Shown here: piece by piece, positions 37,560-51,200 of the stretch | Position numbering within the stretch: the stretch's first letter is position 1 | How the letters are laid out: the number at the start of each line of letters is the position of its first letter | DNA from: Lama guanicoe | Lineage: Eukaryota | Direction: 5' to 3' | DNA: 64,000 nucleotides | NCBI GenBank assembly: GCA_013239625.1 | Contig: MU056216.1 | Coordinates: 16,394,725-16,458,724, forward strand | Made by a program: the position numbers and the translations under genes | The notes under the pieces: model-generated | What the model saw: only the letters and a program-made list of their open reading frames with translations | Database searches by the model: none | What the model was told of the DNA's origin: nothing

Positions 37560-38085
37560 TTACAGAAGAACACATATGCAGAAAAGTATGCATACCATAA
37601 ATATACACTTGATGAATTTTCACGAACAAAGCACATGTGAGTGACCAGCATCCCGTCCGAGAAGCAGAATATGGCTGGTGTCCCGTGAGCCGCCTCGTGC
37701 TCCCTGCAGCCCCTGCTCGTGCGACACCGCCCTGCCCGCTGACCGCGGCGCCCGGCCTGGCTCTGGGCTCCCTGCGGGTGGGGTCGCCCAGGACGTGTGC
37801 TTGCGTGTGCAGGCAGCCTCGGGGGCGCGATTCGCCCTTGCTGTGGGCCACTCGCTCTCATTCTGCGTGGCACTCAGTTGCGGTGTGGAACACGGTTTAT
37901 TTATGAGTCCGCTGTCGGTGGGCTCGGGCCTTTGGGCGGCTTCAGTTTCAGGTGCTGCTGATCGGCCTGCTGTGAACCTTCCCGCGCGTGGACACACACG
38001 CTGGTCTCCCGGGCGGCCTGCGGGGCGCTGCGTGCAGGCTTGGCGGCGTGGGCAGTGCCCGGCTGTCGTGTGCCCGTTGTTCCCA
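37560..38085 (-). mobile_element. Old L1 (L1ME-type) 3' remnant, strongly GC-shifted
   Basis: acatatgcagaaaagtatgcataccataaatatacacttgatgaattttcac...gtttatttatg...gctgtgaaccttc follows the recalled L1ME order. Confidence 0.65.
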
Positions 38086-41000
38086 CTGGGTGCTTTGTTT
38101 TAAGGGATGATCAAGCCATAATCACACTTAGTGCTTCTTCAAATATATTCTTCAAACATTTGGTAATAATTAGTCAACCCTTAAAGTTAGGTTACAAAGT
38201 GCCATCCGTATCTTAATCTCTAGGTAGAAAAGGACCAATTTTATTTAATCAATTCCTAGTAGTGATGGCTTATGGAAACAGTGTGTGTAAAAGTAAATGG
38301 TTATTTTTACAGGAAATAAAAAAGAGAGAAAGAAAAACAATTGGCAATACTTTGAGAAGCCGCATCGCATAGAGGCTAACCCTCAGACCGGCCTCAGACT
38401 GCCTGGGTCCAGCTCGTCCCTGTGCTCACTGGCTGCGTGGCACTGGAGACTTGCCTTGGCTGTCTGTGCTCGTGCCCCCCGTGAGATGCGGGCGGTAGCA
38501 GCACGTCCCTCGTGGGCTCGCTGTAGGGGTTAAATAAACTGATAACACGTGTGATTAATAGTGTTTGTAGTGCTATGTGATTAGTGCTATAAGTGAAGTG
38601 CTTTAAAAGTGCCTAGCACATACTAAGTGCCCTATAAATGTTATTTTTTTCCTTTGGTTATTTTTGCAATACTGCACCCATTTAGCATTTGGCCCAGGGC
38701 TTAAGCCTTTCCATCCCCTCCGTCCTTCACGCCTCTGTCCCTGTCGGTGCAGCTGACTGCCCCGCTGTGGCGGTTCTGCTGCCCCATCCTGGGCCCCCTT
38801 GTCCAGTGTTGCAGCTGCCCGTTTCCTTGTTCACGTCACTGTGTGAAACTGTCGGGTGCTTGAGGGCACAGCTCCCTTCTGTCGTGTTCTCCACCGTGGC
38901 CCTCGCCCACTCAGCACGTAGTGGGTGTTGAGTGGATCCTGGCCAGATTCGTGATTAAATCACGAAGGGCCAGCTGAGCTGGGCTATGGTGACCACCAAG
39001 CACAGGAACTGAAGATTCTTCGTCAGCTCCGGGGGCTGCCCGAGGTCGCTCTTTACAGGAAGCCTCACAGCTGGGAGGTGGCACTTGGAACTCAGGAGAG
39101 GGCCCCGTCAGCACAGAGGCTTGAGCAACACGCGGGGGTTGGCCCTGGGGAGTCAGCAGGATCTAAAAAGCAGAAACTGTACCTTTTTAGGGAAGCTAAG
39201 TTATAAATCCAGGCATTTCCCCGCTTAATTTATTTACTTACTTTATAGGGAGAGACATTGTAAAGGGAGAGACGTGATAAGTAAACACATAAAATAGTAT
39301 AAATTGTGATAAATTTAGAAAAAGAACATGATAGGGTAGAGCGTAACAGTGAAAACTGTTAGGAAAAAGCTACTTAAGATACTCTGATCAGAGAAGTCTC
39401 CGAAGTGGTATTTAAGCTGAGACCTTTATAAATGTGTCTTCCACTAAAGTACAAGCTTTCTGAAGGAAGAATCTTTGTTGCTTATTGCTGTATCTTCCTT
39501 GCTGAGACTCAGACCTCGTACAGAGTAGACTGCTGAATACTTGAGTGAGTGAATGGGGAGGGGAAGCAATGCATAAAAAGTTGGTGGGCGCCTTCCATCA
39601 CTGAGTGTCATGTCATCTCTCTGAAAGGAGACACGGGCCCATCGCTTCTCTGGCCACCCAGCAGAGGTTGCCAGGGGGCTGCAAGACACAAATCTTGTTC
39701 ATTTGCATGATGTGGAGACCCTTTGCAAGCTGAAATCTTAGTGACTTCATCTCCATTGCTTCTTCGTGGAACTCTATGTTCAAGTAATGTGTTCCCCTGA
39801 ATATCCTATTTTCATATCTTTGTGCTTTCCATATGCACAAAAGTTTCTTTTGCCAAAATTCTCTTTCCCACTTTGTCCTCCTGGAAGATTCCTGTTTGTC
39901 TTTCCCAGCCCAGTTTAGGTACCACTTCTTTCAGGAAACTTCCATTGACAGGCCCCATCCTTCCCAGGGGAGCTTTAATCATACGGTGTAAAGAATTGGT
40001 GATTTGTAATTTGTAATTCTTTGTTTACATGATTAGTATTTGTAGTGGAATACACTATAGGAATGTATTTTTGAAGGCAAAGGCTGTATTTTTATTCTCT
40101 TTGGATCCCTGGTACCTGGGACAGTGTCAGGGTCTTAATTGGTGTTTAATATATATTTAAATTGAACCATCTAAACACTGAATGTAAGATAATGGCATTT
40201 CATAGTTTGAATTCTGTTCAGTAGTATTTAATGACAAATAGTCTTATAGGAATAATTTCAAAAGTTAATTCATTTTAAGTTTTGTTTTGTTTCATTTCTC
40301 ATCTGAAATCCTGGTGTTGTTTGAGATTTTCATTTGGTTTAAGCTTTTCATAATTTATAACCTTAGTTCTTAAGGAAAAGTAATGATTTTGAGGCCTGGC
40401 TAGAAACAGATTTTACAGGGAAACTGTAAAATTTGATTAGCACATCTCTTATCCAAATATGTATTTAACAGCATAATATATGATTTTTATTCTCTGCCAT
40501 GAATGTTTCAGAGATGCATTATGTCAAGGAAGAATTTTCTAGCAAGTTAGTGTTCTCTTAAAAGAGAATGGGCCACCTTGCAAAATAAGAAAGTACTCCT
40601 GTACCTGGAAGTGTTCCGGCTTGCCTGGGAGTTTAGATGAATGACTCAACTTGAAGATTTTGTGAATTTTTTCTGACTTCTTTCTGTCCTGTTCATCTGT
40701 CTGTGTTCCTTCTTGTCCCTGATAAGTAATCTGGGGATTTCTTGTCTCACCAGCCTTTGGCCGTGGGAGCCAGGCAAGGTAATCTAGTCTGAAAGCACTC
40801 ATCTGCATCCTGGGCCGTCGTGTTTTGGTCAGGTTAGAGAACGTGTATGTCACATCAGCAGTTTAGAGGGAAACATGCTAGCCTGGAACTCAGGAGGCTT
40901 GTGTTTTTGTATCAGCTCTGCCAATAATTATACATTCTTGGAAAATTCCCTGCACTGCTTGGAATCACAGTTTCCTCGCCCCAGCACTCTTAATACCGCA

Positions 41001-41677
41001 GCCTGCTCTCGCCCCACGTGCCCCAGCAAAGGCTGTGTTGAGAGGCTCTGCAGTTACTGGTGTGAGGCAGCGGGAGGATGGGAGGTTTGGTATTTGAATT
41101 AGCAGCTAGACCCAGATACTCAAAGTTTAAAAGATGAAATTCCAGCCATGACTCCTTAGGGCTTTTCAAGCAAAGCCCTACCAGTGAATAAAAATTGAGG
41201 AACTGTGGTGTTACAATATGATCCATCAAGATCAAGCAGATAGTAGGCCCCCACGCCTGTGACTTAGCCTGTTACCCAAAGCCAGTGAGTCTTTGGACAT
41301 CCTTCCAAAAATTAAAGATCTCTTAACACTAACTTTCAAACACTAGAATTTTTAACCAGCAGAAAATATATACTAAGCCCTTTTTGATGGAGAAAGTTAA
41401 TTTTCTCTGGAAAAAACAAAGATGTAAAAATATTTAGTTCTTATATTTTGCCATCATTAGTATAGAGGGCATTTTTTTTTAATCTGTCACAGGTATGTAG
41501 TTTTGTTAAAATGTGCTTGGATTTAGCCTCTTAAAGAAATTTGAAGACAGGTTTTGCTTTCATCAAAGAAAATATTTTTGGTTTTTTTTTCTGTTCTGGA
41601 TTAAACTTTGCTTTTCTGAGCATGATAGTTAATAATATGGGGTTAAAAATAATTAATAGTTATTTCTCCTTTTATAG

Positions 41678-41798
41678 TTCTACTTGTCCAATTCTGAAAA
41701 GGAACGTTATGAGAAGGAATTCAGCCAAGAAAGACAACAAGAAATTTTGAGAAGAGCAGCAAGGGACTTACCTATCTATACCACGTCGGCTTCAAGGG
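41678..41798 (+). CDS. ZDHHC20: ZDHHC20 exon 4 (FYLSNSEKERYEKEFSQERQQEILRRAARDLPIYTTSASR)
   Basis: Acceptor ttctccttttatag and donor GTAAGA at 41799. 121 nt, phase 0 to 1. Confidence 0.96.
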
Positions 41799-42799
41799 GT
41801 AAGAACAACAAACCTTAAGCTTTCCTTTCCAAAGAATTTTAAAAATATGGTCATTTCTGCCAAGATATATTTGCAGGATTTGACTATTAAGTGGATATTG
41901 TGATTACAAGTAACATTTGCAGGAACAAGATTTTCCTGTGTTCTGTGTCTTCTGTGGTATTTCAGAGATAGAATACATTTTTCAATATAGATTTTTTAAA
42001 GGGGCTGACTTTAGTATGAATCTCTTTTCTCTGCATGTTCTTTTTTTTCCCAACTCAACCTTCATGGCTAATATGTTTGTTATTTGTGGTAAACTCTTTG
42101 GAAATTCTGGTTTGAATTTGAGTATTGTGTGTCATCACTGAGTAATTTTTTTAAAATCAAGAGTGTGCTAGCTTAGAATGTGGAGAAAAAAAAGACACAG
42201 AGGGGAAGAAACTTGTTCAGGGTTGTGAAGCTCATTCTGAGAGCCCGAGATTTGAACTCAGGTTTCCCATTCCCAAGCCGTGGTGTTTCTGCTGTCCTGC
42301 TGCCTCCATTGACGTGTGTGACTGAAAAGCAGCTTCCTTTTCCCAGAGGTGGAGCCTTAGGACAGGGCTGAGTGTGTGAGTGGCCAGACTGGATGTTCGA
42401 GTACAGGAGATTGCTTTAAGTTGTGTATCATATGCCTCGTTAATTCGTTCAGGTCCCAGTAGATGGGAATAGCTGGCAGTTTTCTAAGCTGAGCTCTTCA
42501 CACACATGAACTCATTCAGTGGAGGGAGAGACTGTTGTCTCCATCCTGCAGATGAGGAAACTGAGGCACAGGCGTTAAGTACCTCGTTCCAGGCCATACA
42601 GATAGTATGTGAAAACACGGGGCTTTGAGTAGGTGCTCTGGCTCTGCACCCCACTGTGCCTCCCAGCTCCAAGGGGAAATAAAGGAACTTTCCCTTTCTA
42701 TAACTATGTACATATTCTGACTAAGGAAACGTAAAATTTGTGCAAGGTTTTAGGAGGGGATATTTGACCAACGTTTTAGTTTTTCATGCATTTAATATT

Positions 42800-42910
42800 G
42801 GCACACCTTGGAGATACTGTGTGTTCAGTTCCAGGTCACCGCAGTAAAGCGAATGTCCCAGTGAAGCGAGTCACATGAGCTGGTTGGTTTCCCAGCTCAC
42901 ATGGAACATG
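42800..42910. mobile_element. Tigger1 terminal fragment
   Basis: ggcacaccttggagatactgtgtgttcagttccaggtcaccgcagtaaagcgaatgtc...aagcgagtcaca...ttggtttcccag. Confidence 0.75.
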
Positions 42911-44234
42911 ACTTCTCTTTTCTTACCCATTACCCGTAGGCAGGATGTAGCCATCACTTGTGCCTCATTTCCAGTGAATGCAGGTGTGACTCACTGTGCC
43001 TCAGTCCTCGTGCTCAGTTCACAGGAGTGGACTAGGGGGGAGGGTGGGCTCACACGCCAGGGGGTCTGAAGTCTCTTCCGCAGAGAGTGGTTAGAGGCCA
43101 GGCAGGCGCCCCGGTGGGAGTCCTCCACACTGCAGAGGTCAGGAGGGCTTCTGAGTTAAAGAAAGACCCATGGTAACACGTCTTGTTGCCAGGTTTACTT
43201 TGGAGGCCATCATGTGGAAGAAGGTTAGCACCTCACTGTAATTTTATCCTTCTCTATTCATCCAAAATAGTAGTTTTAAAGAATTTATTGATTTGTGAAG
43301 TCTTGGGACATTTCCCTCAGGAATCTCAAAGATCTAGTTTTAAATTTCAAAAACCAAATAAATAAATAAATTTCAAAAGCCAAAACCTCAGGTTCTGAAC
43401 TTTACAGATTGAGGTGGAGCTCTCGCTCCAGTGGACTTTGTACTCTCCGCTTTTTTTCTGTCAGTACTTGAGCTGAGTGGGGAAAGGAAGCCTTCTCTGA
43501 GCCGACTTCCTCTTATTCTCTGACCTCTCTCCTGCCTGTTTTTCAGTCTTCCTTGAACAAGCTAAGCACAGCCCCACCTCAAGGCCTGTTCTCTCTGCCG
43601 GATTCCTTTCTCCCCAGATATCTATGTGGTTCACTAACTTCTTCCTTCAATTTCGGTTTTATTAAACGTCTCTAAAATGACAGTACACCCGCTCCCTTTC
43701 CCTGCTGCAGTTTCCCATCAGCACCTCTCACTCACATACTGCTCTGGTTATCTTACTTATTACGCCCCCTTTCCCACTGGAATGTAGGTTTCATGAAGGC
43801 AGGGACCGATGCCTGAGCAGTGTCTGTACCCTAGTAGGTGCCCACTGTGTTTTGAATGAATGAACACATAAACTGTATATATTAGAATTCAGTGGGAAGA
43901 AGTTCGGAGTTTTTTTCAATGCTATGTTCTCAGTTTTGCTGTTCAGTCTGAGTTCTGCCGCTCAATTACGTGTTTGACCTCACACCAGTCACTGGTTTCC
44001 TTGGATCTGCTTTTTCATCTGAATGTTGCCGGACCAATTTCATTTCTGAGATTCCCTTCTGTCTCTTGATGTTATGATTTCAGAAACTCTCCAATGCATT
44101 TTGGTATTATTTTACAACTATTAGTTGTCAGTTTCCCAGAGTTGTTATAAGAAATGAAAGTAACTTTTGCAGTCAAATTAATTAAACTCTAAATGTGCAT
44201 CCTTCAACAACTTCCTTTTAATTCTTTAATGTAG

Positions 44235-44304
44235 CCATCAGATATTGTGAGAGATGTCAGTTGATCAAACCCGACCGCGCTCATCACTGCTCAGCATGTG
44301 ACAT
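44235..44304 (+). CDS. ZDHHC20: ZDHHC20 exon 5, cysteine-rich domain (AIRYCERCQLIKPDRAHHCSACD)
   Basis: Acceptor ttctttaatgtag and donor GTAAGT at 44305. 70 nt, phase 1 to 2. CxxC...HCxxC zinc ligands present. Confidence 0.97.
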
Positions 44305-45457
44305 GTAAGTGTTACTGATGCATTTGCTTCCACTTAACGCAGCACTGGAAGTGGTGATGGGAGAACAGAAGGGGGAGGAAGCTCCCCAGCACTGCATCCT
44401 CTCCCGTTGTTTGCTCTGTGTACAGAGCTAACGTAATGATGTGTATAAGCTAGAACACACTTTGAAGGACTCTTCGATAGTAGTCCCTGTGCCAGTTAGA
44501 ATTTTCTCTAAGTGTGTGTACTTCCTGTGCTTAACGCTCAGGACGATATTGATGAGCAAGTAACATCCCTTGAGAAAGGTAATTTTATTTCCTGGATCAA
44601 AAAGGTCATAATGACAGTTTTCTTGTTTTTTATTATTCATTTTAATATTAAAACCTAAAAAACCCACAAAAATATTGCTTTCAATCACCGCCTGTGACAT
44701 TGTTTCCAGAAAAGTTGGAAAGATTTTATCCCTTATGCTCTTGTGAGAAGGTAGTCTGTTAAAGGAAGGGCCCCTGTGTGGAAATCCCAGTTAGTCCCGC
44801 ACTGCAGTAGGACAAGCCTGACCTTACAGGTGTCAGTTTACTTATTTGTTACACTGTCTGAGAAGATCTGTGGTCTAACTTTATACACATACAGGTTACA
44901 TGTACTGGTGGAGACGCACATTTGGGGATTTTTTTTTCTGATTATAAAAGTACTGTAGTTCCTATCCACGGGATAGAATTTGATAAAATACGTGGGAAAA
45001 ATAACCACCTGCGAGCCTGATAACATTTTAGCAATATTTGCTTGTGAAGGTTTATTTTTATGACTCACACATGTTTAAAATAACTTTCTTTTGATCTTTC
45101 TTGGCTGATTTTGTGAGCTAGACCTATCTTGTGTACCAAGTGCTATATGCACCATATCTGTGTTAAAATGCTATTGGATGTGGTCCAAGGGAGCTGGCTA
45201 TGCTCAGCTGAGTTCCCAGCATGAAAAGTCAGTACCTCCTACCTACAAAAGTGTTTGTGTAAATACCAGAAATTTTCTCTAACCTAATGTTTTCTAGGTT
45301 GGTTTTTCTAAGATGTATTGCTAAAGGGAAATTTTTAAGTCAAAAAAAAAAAAGAAAATTATCAGAAATTAGAATTAGTCAAAAAAACAAAAAAATAAAA
45401 TTATCAGAAATTAGGAATTTTTCAACATGGATTTTCTTATGCTTATTTGTTTCTTAG

Positions 45458-45490
45458 ATGTGTTCTTAAGATGGATCATCACTGTCCTTG
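45458..45490 (+). CDS. ZDHHC20: ZDHHC20 exon 6, catalytic DHHC motif (ICVLKMDHHCPW)
   Basis: Acceptor tttgtttcttag and donor GTACGT at 45491. 33 nt, phase 2 to 2. Confidence 0.97.
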
Positions 45491-46055
45491 GTACGTATGA
45501 AAAATAGAGGAAGTGACATGGGGGTGGAGAGGTGGGAAGGAGAGAACTTAGAGGATGTACGTCAGCGTTCCTCAGTCTGGATGGCAGTTTAATTAGTCAT
45601 AGGTATCAAGATTGGATCTACTTTCTTATTTCTGTTACATGTTTTTCCTTTAAAAATATATTCTGATGTTATTAACCCAAATAACTGTATATTAATAATT
45701 AACATTAAAATTCCACATTTCTTACAGAATTTATTAGAAACTCACATCTATAATTAAGACACTGCTCCCTACTTCCTAAATGGCCCATTTCCAAGTCACA
45801 ATGATTTTAAGTTTTTTGATCTGTCTTATTTGTTATTATTGTGGTTGAAAAAAGTAAAATTTACCATCTTTACCATTTCTAAGCACACAGTTCAGTTGTG
45901 TTAAGTAGGTTCACACTGTTGAGCAACCAGTCTCCAGAACTTTTTTATGTTGCAAAACTGAAACTCTGTATCCATTAAACCATCCCCTCAGTTCCTAGCA
46001 AACACCATTCTAGTTTTTGTTTCTGTGAATTTGTCTTATTTTTACAATGTGACTT

Positions 46056-46211
46056 NNNNNNNNNNNNNNNNNNNNNNNNNNNNNNNNNNNNNNNNNNNNN
46101 NNNNNNNNNNNNNNNNNNNNNNNNNNNNNNNNNNNNNNNNNNNNNNNNNNNNNNNNNNNNNNNNNNNNNNNNNNNNNNNNNNNNNNNNNNNNNNNNNNNN
46201 NNNNNNNNNNN
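46056..46211 (+). other. ZDHHC20: N-gap, probable location of ZDHHC20 exon 7 (VNNCVGFSNYKFF...; TM3)
   Basis: Exon 6 ends in phase 2 and the next visible exon starts in phase 0, so a 3n+1-nt exon is missing. The other gaps in this interval lie inside an L1. Confidence 0.65.
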
Positions 46212-46894
46212 AAAATATATATTTAAGACTTTTTAAGATGCCATATTCATAAAGGATTCTTTCATTCTTTGTTTAAGTGGATATACTTTATTTTAATTCT
46301 ACTAGTTAGAATTCATAATGGCTCAGAGGACAGACGGGGTTGAAATTTACCTTCTTATATACATGTTTATTTGTAAGTAAATGAATGTTAAACAGGATAT
46401 AGTGAGCTTTTTTTAGTAATTCAAAATGTTTTCAATCGCAGTCTAACAGTTGGCTATCGATTTAGAGAAGTAATTACTTTTATTTGAGTTGATGAGACTT
46501 ACACGGTTTTACAGGAAAAGTGAAATCCCCAGCCCCATGGAACCACTAACCTGTTTCCTGTCTATAGATATTAATCCTTTTTCTGTTGTGAGTTACAAAT
46601 GTTTTTCCACAATTTTGGTTTATGTCTGATAACTCTGTTTTCTTTTCTTCTTATTGAATCAAAATTTTATCTTTTTGAAGCATTACTTTTTATTTGTGAT
46701 CTCTTGCTTTAGTCTGTTCACTGTAGGTTTATACACATATTCACTGAGGTTTTCTTCTAGCATTTTTATTGTGCTTTTTCCCCCACATTTAAATGTTTCA
46801 TTTTGAAAGGGGGATTATTGTGCTGAAAAACTACTTTTGTATTTATTCTTCCTAAAAACCCTATGAAGGTATTTTAAAATGCAAGTTTTATTAT

Positions 46895-47200
46895 AATTCA
46901 GGTGTGGTGAAGCCAACAGATGAGGAGATGATCACCACTGAGAAGATAGTTTGTAACTAACAGTTTGCAAGGGAGGGGTCACGCCACATCAGGCAGGGCC
47001 ACCCAGGGACGCCGCAGAGCCTTTACTGTGGCGTCTGTGTGGAAGGCGGGTGCGGCAGGGTGAGTGTGCCTAGTGCTATCTAGTTGAAATCATCTGGTGG
47101 TCTCTGGGGTGATTAGGGCAGGGCTGTATGACTCCCTGGAGCGTGAGAGCCACACGAAGGAGGTGACTTGAGTGCGGGCCCTGGGCTTTGGATCAGCCGT
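46895..47200. mobile_element. ERV LTR-like remnant (family uncertain)
   Basis: tgtggtgaagccaacagatgaggagatgatcaccactgagaagatagtttg...gcagagcctttactgtgg resembles recalled MER-type LTR text. Confidence 0.45.
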
Positions 47201-48261
47201 TTGTATGCCGAGAGGTGCATTCCTTGTTATCTCTGTAAGAATCCACAGCCCTGGGAGAGGCACTCTCCCCAGTCAGCAGGGCTCCAGATGCCCGAGCATC
47301 AAGAACACAGGAAAGAAGAAAATACAGGTAATGCAGAAGGAACTATTATTATTCCAGTTTTCAGAGTTCGAAGCTGAGGTGGGAGAAGTTAGGAAGCTAC
47401 TCCAGGTCTCATTCTTAATAGCAGAGGAGGCCAGAATTTTACCTTCGATCTGTGTGTTTCAACTCAGGTACTTTCTGCCTTGACTTGCTACTCATAGTTG
47501 TAAGTGGGAAGAATGTAATTAAAGCCTTGAGTCATTGGGCACAGTCATTTTCCCAGGAAATGTAATACATTTCAGATGGGTTTTCATTAAATATCAGTAG
47601 GTTTTTAAGCTTGTGTGTTTCAGACCAGGCTGTGCGAGCACCTGCACTTCCGTGCGTGTTAGAAATGAGCAGTTGTGTGTGGTATCAGCCCAGGACATTC
47701 TGGCCTCTGTTGCCCCCTAGCTGGGCAGCTTGGTTCAGTCTGCAGCCTATACAACCATATTCAGTGGCCCTATTTAAATGAAGATGATTCAGTGCCAGAT
47801 GAGTGAAGTCCAAGTTACAGAATTTCACATTTCTTTATCAGAGCTTTTGCAGTGTTTGCATGTAATGATTTATTAATTAAATAATAAATATTTTTAAACT
47901 TTTTACGATTCACCATGAGTAAAGAAAGACTAATAAACTTAAATCTACCTTTTTCTTCATTCATTCAACGATTACTATGTGCCAGGCAATGTTCTAGGCA
48001 CTTGGGATATAACAATGAACAGAACAGACAAAGAGTCCTGTCTTCATAGAACTTACTGTTGAGAAGGGGGAAACAAATAATAAACATAATGAATAAGTTA
48101 GTTGTATTACATATTAGAAAGTAAACGCCATGGGAAAACAGTAGAGCAGGTTAAGGAATTTTACACGTGTGTGTGGGGATGATAGGGACAGGTTACGGTA
48201 CTAAAGAGAGTGGCATGGACCTCAGATGGTAAGATTGAGCAAGACGTGAAGGTGGAAATCT

Positions 48262-51200
48262 GAGAGAGTACTTACGCACCTAACAAAGGAGCACCTAAAT
48301 ACATAAAGCAAATATTAACAGAAGTCAAGGAAGAAATAGACAGTAAGAGAGTGATGGTAGGGGTCTAATATCCCGCTTTCGTCAGTGGGTGGGTCATCCA
48401 GGCAGAAATTCCGTGAAGAAACAGACTTAAATGACACTTCAGTCCAGATGGACTTCACAGATATACAGAACACTCCATCCGAAAGCAGCAGAATGCACGT
48501 TCTTCTCAAGGGCACACGGAACATTCTCCAGGACAAGTCGCATATTTCGTAAGTTTAAGAATATTGAACTCATAGCAAGCATCTCTTCTAACCGCAGTGA
48601 GACTAGAAATCAGTTCCAAGAGGAAAACTGAAGGGTCCACAAATACGTTCAGATTGAGCAACACACGACTAACCAACCAATGGATCAAAGAAGGAACCAA
48701 AAAAATATCTTGAGACAGATGAAAATGGAAATCCAACATCCCAAAACTTACAGGATGCAGCAAAAGCAGGTTGTAACAGGGAAGCTCATAGCAATGAACT
48801 CCTGTGTTAAGAAATAAAGCTCTCAAATAACCTAACGTTGCGCCTCAAGAAACTAGAGAAAGAATGAACGGCGCTCAGAGTTAGTAGAGGACTCAGATAA
48901 AAGCAGGAATGAAAGGGGAGACGTTGCAGCTGATAAGTGCAAAGGATCAAGGAGACTGCCATGAGCAGTCATACGNNNNNNNNNNNNNNNNNNNNNNNNN
49001 NNNNNNNNNNNNNNNNNNNNNNNNNNNNNNNNNNNNNNNNNNNNNNNNNNNNNNNNNNNNNNNNNNNNNNNNNNNNNNNNNNNNNNNNNNNNNNNNNNNN
49101 NNNNNNNNNNNNNNNAGAAACGAAAGTCCAGGACCAGGTGGCTTCACAGGTAGAGGGAACACCTGTCCTTCCCAGACTCTTCCAAAAAATAGAAGGANNN
49201 NNNNNNNNNNNNNNNNNNNNNNNNNNNNNNNNNNNNNNNNNNNNNNNNNNNNNNNNNNNNNNNNNNNNNNNNNNNNNNNNNNNNNNNNNNNNNNNNNNNN
49301 NNNNNNNNNNNNNNNNNNNNNNNNNNNNNNNNNNNNNNNNNNNNNNNNNNNNNNNNAGGATCCCATCCCACAGTTGAGTGGGATATGTTCCGGGGATGCA
49401 AGGTGGTCCGGCATCCAGACGTCAGTCAGTGACAGCCCCTGTTAACAGAGCGAAGGGCGAGATCACGTGAGCATCTCAATAGACGCAGAAGCAGCGTTTG
49501 AAAAAATTCAACATCCCTTTATGGTAAAAACTGTCAGCAAAGTGGGCACAGAGGGAATGTGCCTCATCTTTAAAGAGGCCATATTTAACAAGCCTACAAC
49601 TAACGTACTCACTGGTTAAAAGCAGGAGACTTTGCCCTGATAGCAGGACGAGACAGGGATGCCCTCTCCTGCCACGTGTATTCAACAGAGAATTGAAAGT
49701 GTTGGCCAGAGCAGTTAGGCAAGAAAAAGAAATAGAATGCATTTGGATAGGAAAGGAAGAAATGAAACTGTCTCTATCTGCAGATGATGTATTATATATA
49801 GAAAATCCTGAAAACTTAAAAAAAAACCGTTAGAACTAACAAATTCTGTAAAGTTGCAATATACAAAATCAGTATATAAAAATCAGTTGCATTTCTCTAC
49901 ACTAAAAACATTATCAGAAAGAGAAATTAAGAAAAGTCACATTTACTATTGCATCAAAGAGAATAAAATACTTAGGAATAACTTTAATCAAAGAGATGAG
50001 TCTTTACACTGAAAACTAAGACACTGATGACAGCAATTGAGGAAGATACAAATAAATGGAAAAATAAACTGTGTTCATGGATTGGAAGAACTATTATTGT
50101 AAAATTCCATACTACCCAAGTAATCTACAGGTTTATCACACCTCGTCAAATTATGATGCCATTTTTCACAGTAATAGAACAATTCTACAGTTTGTGTGGC
50201 ACCACAAAAGACCCCAAACAACCAAAGCAGTCTTGAAAAAGAACAAAGCTAGAGACATCACAATTCCTGATTTCAAATTACATTACGCAGTAGTGGTAAT
50301 CAAAACAGTGTATTTTATTGGCATAAGAACAGACATGGATCAATGGAACAGAAATCAAAGGAGCCCAGAAATCAACCCGTGCGTAAATGGCCTATTAATT
50401 TATGACCAAGAAGTCAAGAATATACGAGAGGATATGACAGTATCTTCAGTAGATGGCGTTGGGAAACCTGGACCTTCGTCCTACACCAGAGTCAAAAATC
50501 AACTCCAAGTGGATTAAAGACTTGAACATAAGATCTGAAATAAATTTTTTAGAAGAAAATAAAGGTGGTAAGCTCCTTGACTTCAGCCTTGGTGGTAATT
50601 TTTTGGATTTGACACCAAATGCAAAAGCAACAAAAGCAAAAATAAGCAGCTGAGACTACATCAAGTTGAGAAGCTTCTACACAGCAAAGGAAACTCTCAA
50701 TATCATAATAAGGCAGCCTACTGAATGGGAGAAGGTATTTGCAAATCACGTATCTGGTAAGTAATATCCAAAATATATTAAAAATTCCTACAACTCAATA
50801 GCAAAAAAAAAAAATCAGATTAAAAAATGGTCAGAGGATGTGAATAGACATTATTCCAGTGAAGACATGCAGACAGCCGACAGGCACGTAGAAGATGCTC
50901 AGTATCGCTAGTCATCAGCGAGGTGTAGGTCAGAACCGCAGTGAGGTACCACCTCACACCTGTTGGAATGGCTGTTATCAGAAGACAGCAAGTTTTGGGA
51001 AGGATGTGGAGAAAAGGGAGCCCACGTGTATAATTGATCTGAATGTAAATTAGCACAGCCACTTTGGAAAACAGAATGGGGAGTCCTCAAAACATTAAAA
51101 TTAGAATTGTGTGATCCAGCAATCCATCCACTTCTGGGCATTTGTCCAAAGGAAATAAAAATACTAACTCAAAAGGCTATCTGCACCACTGTGTTCACCG

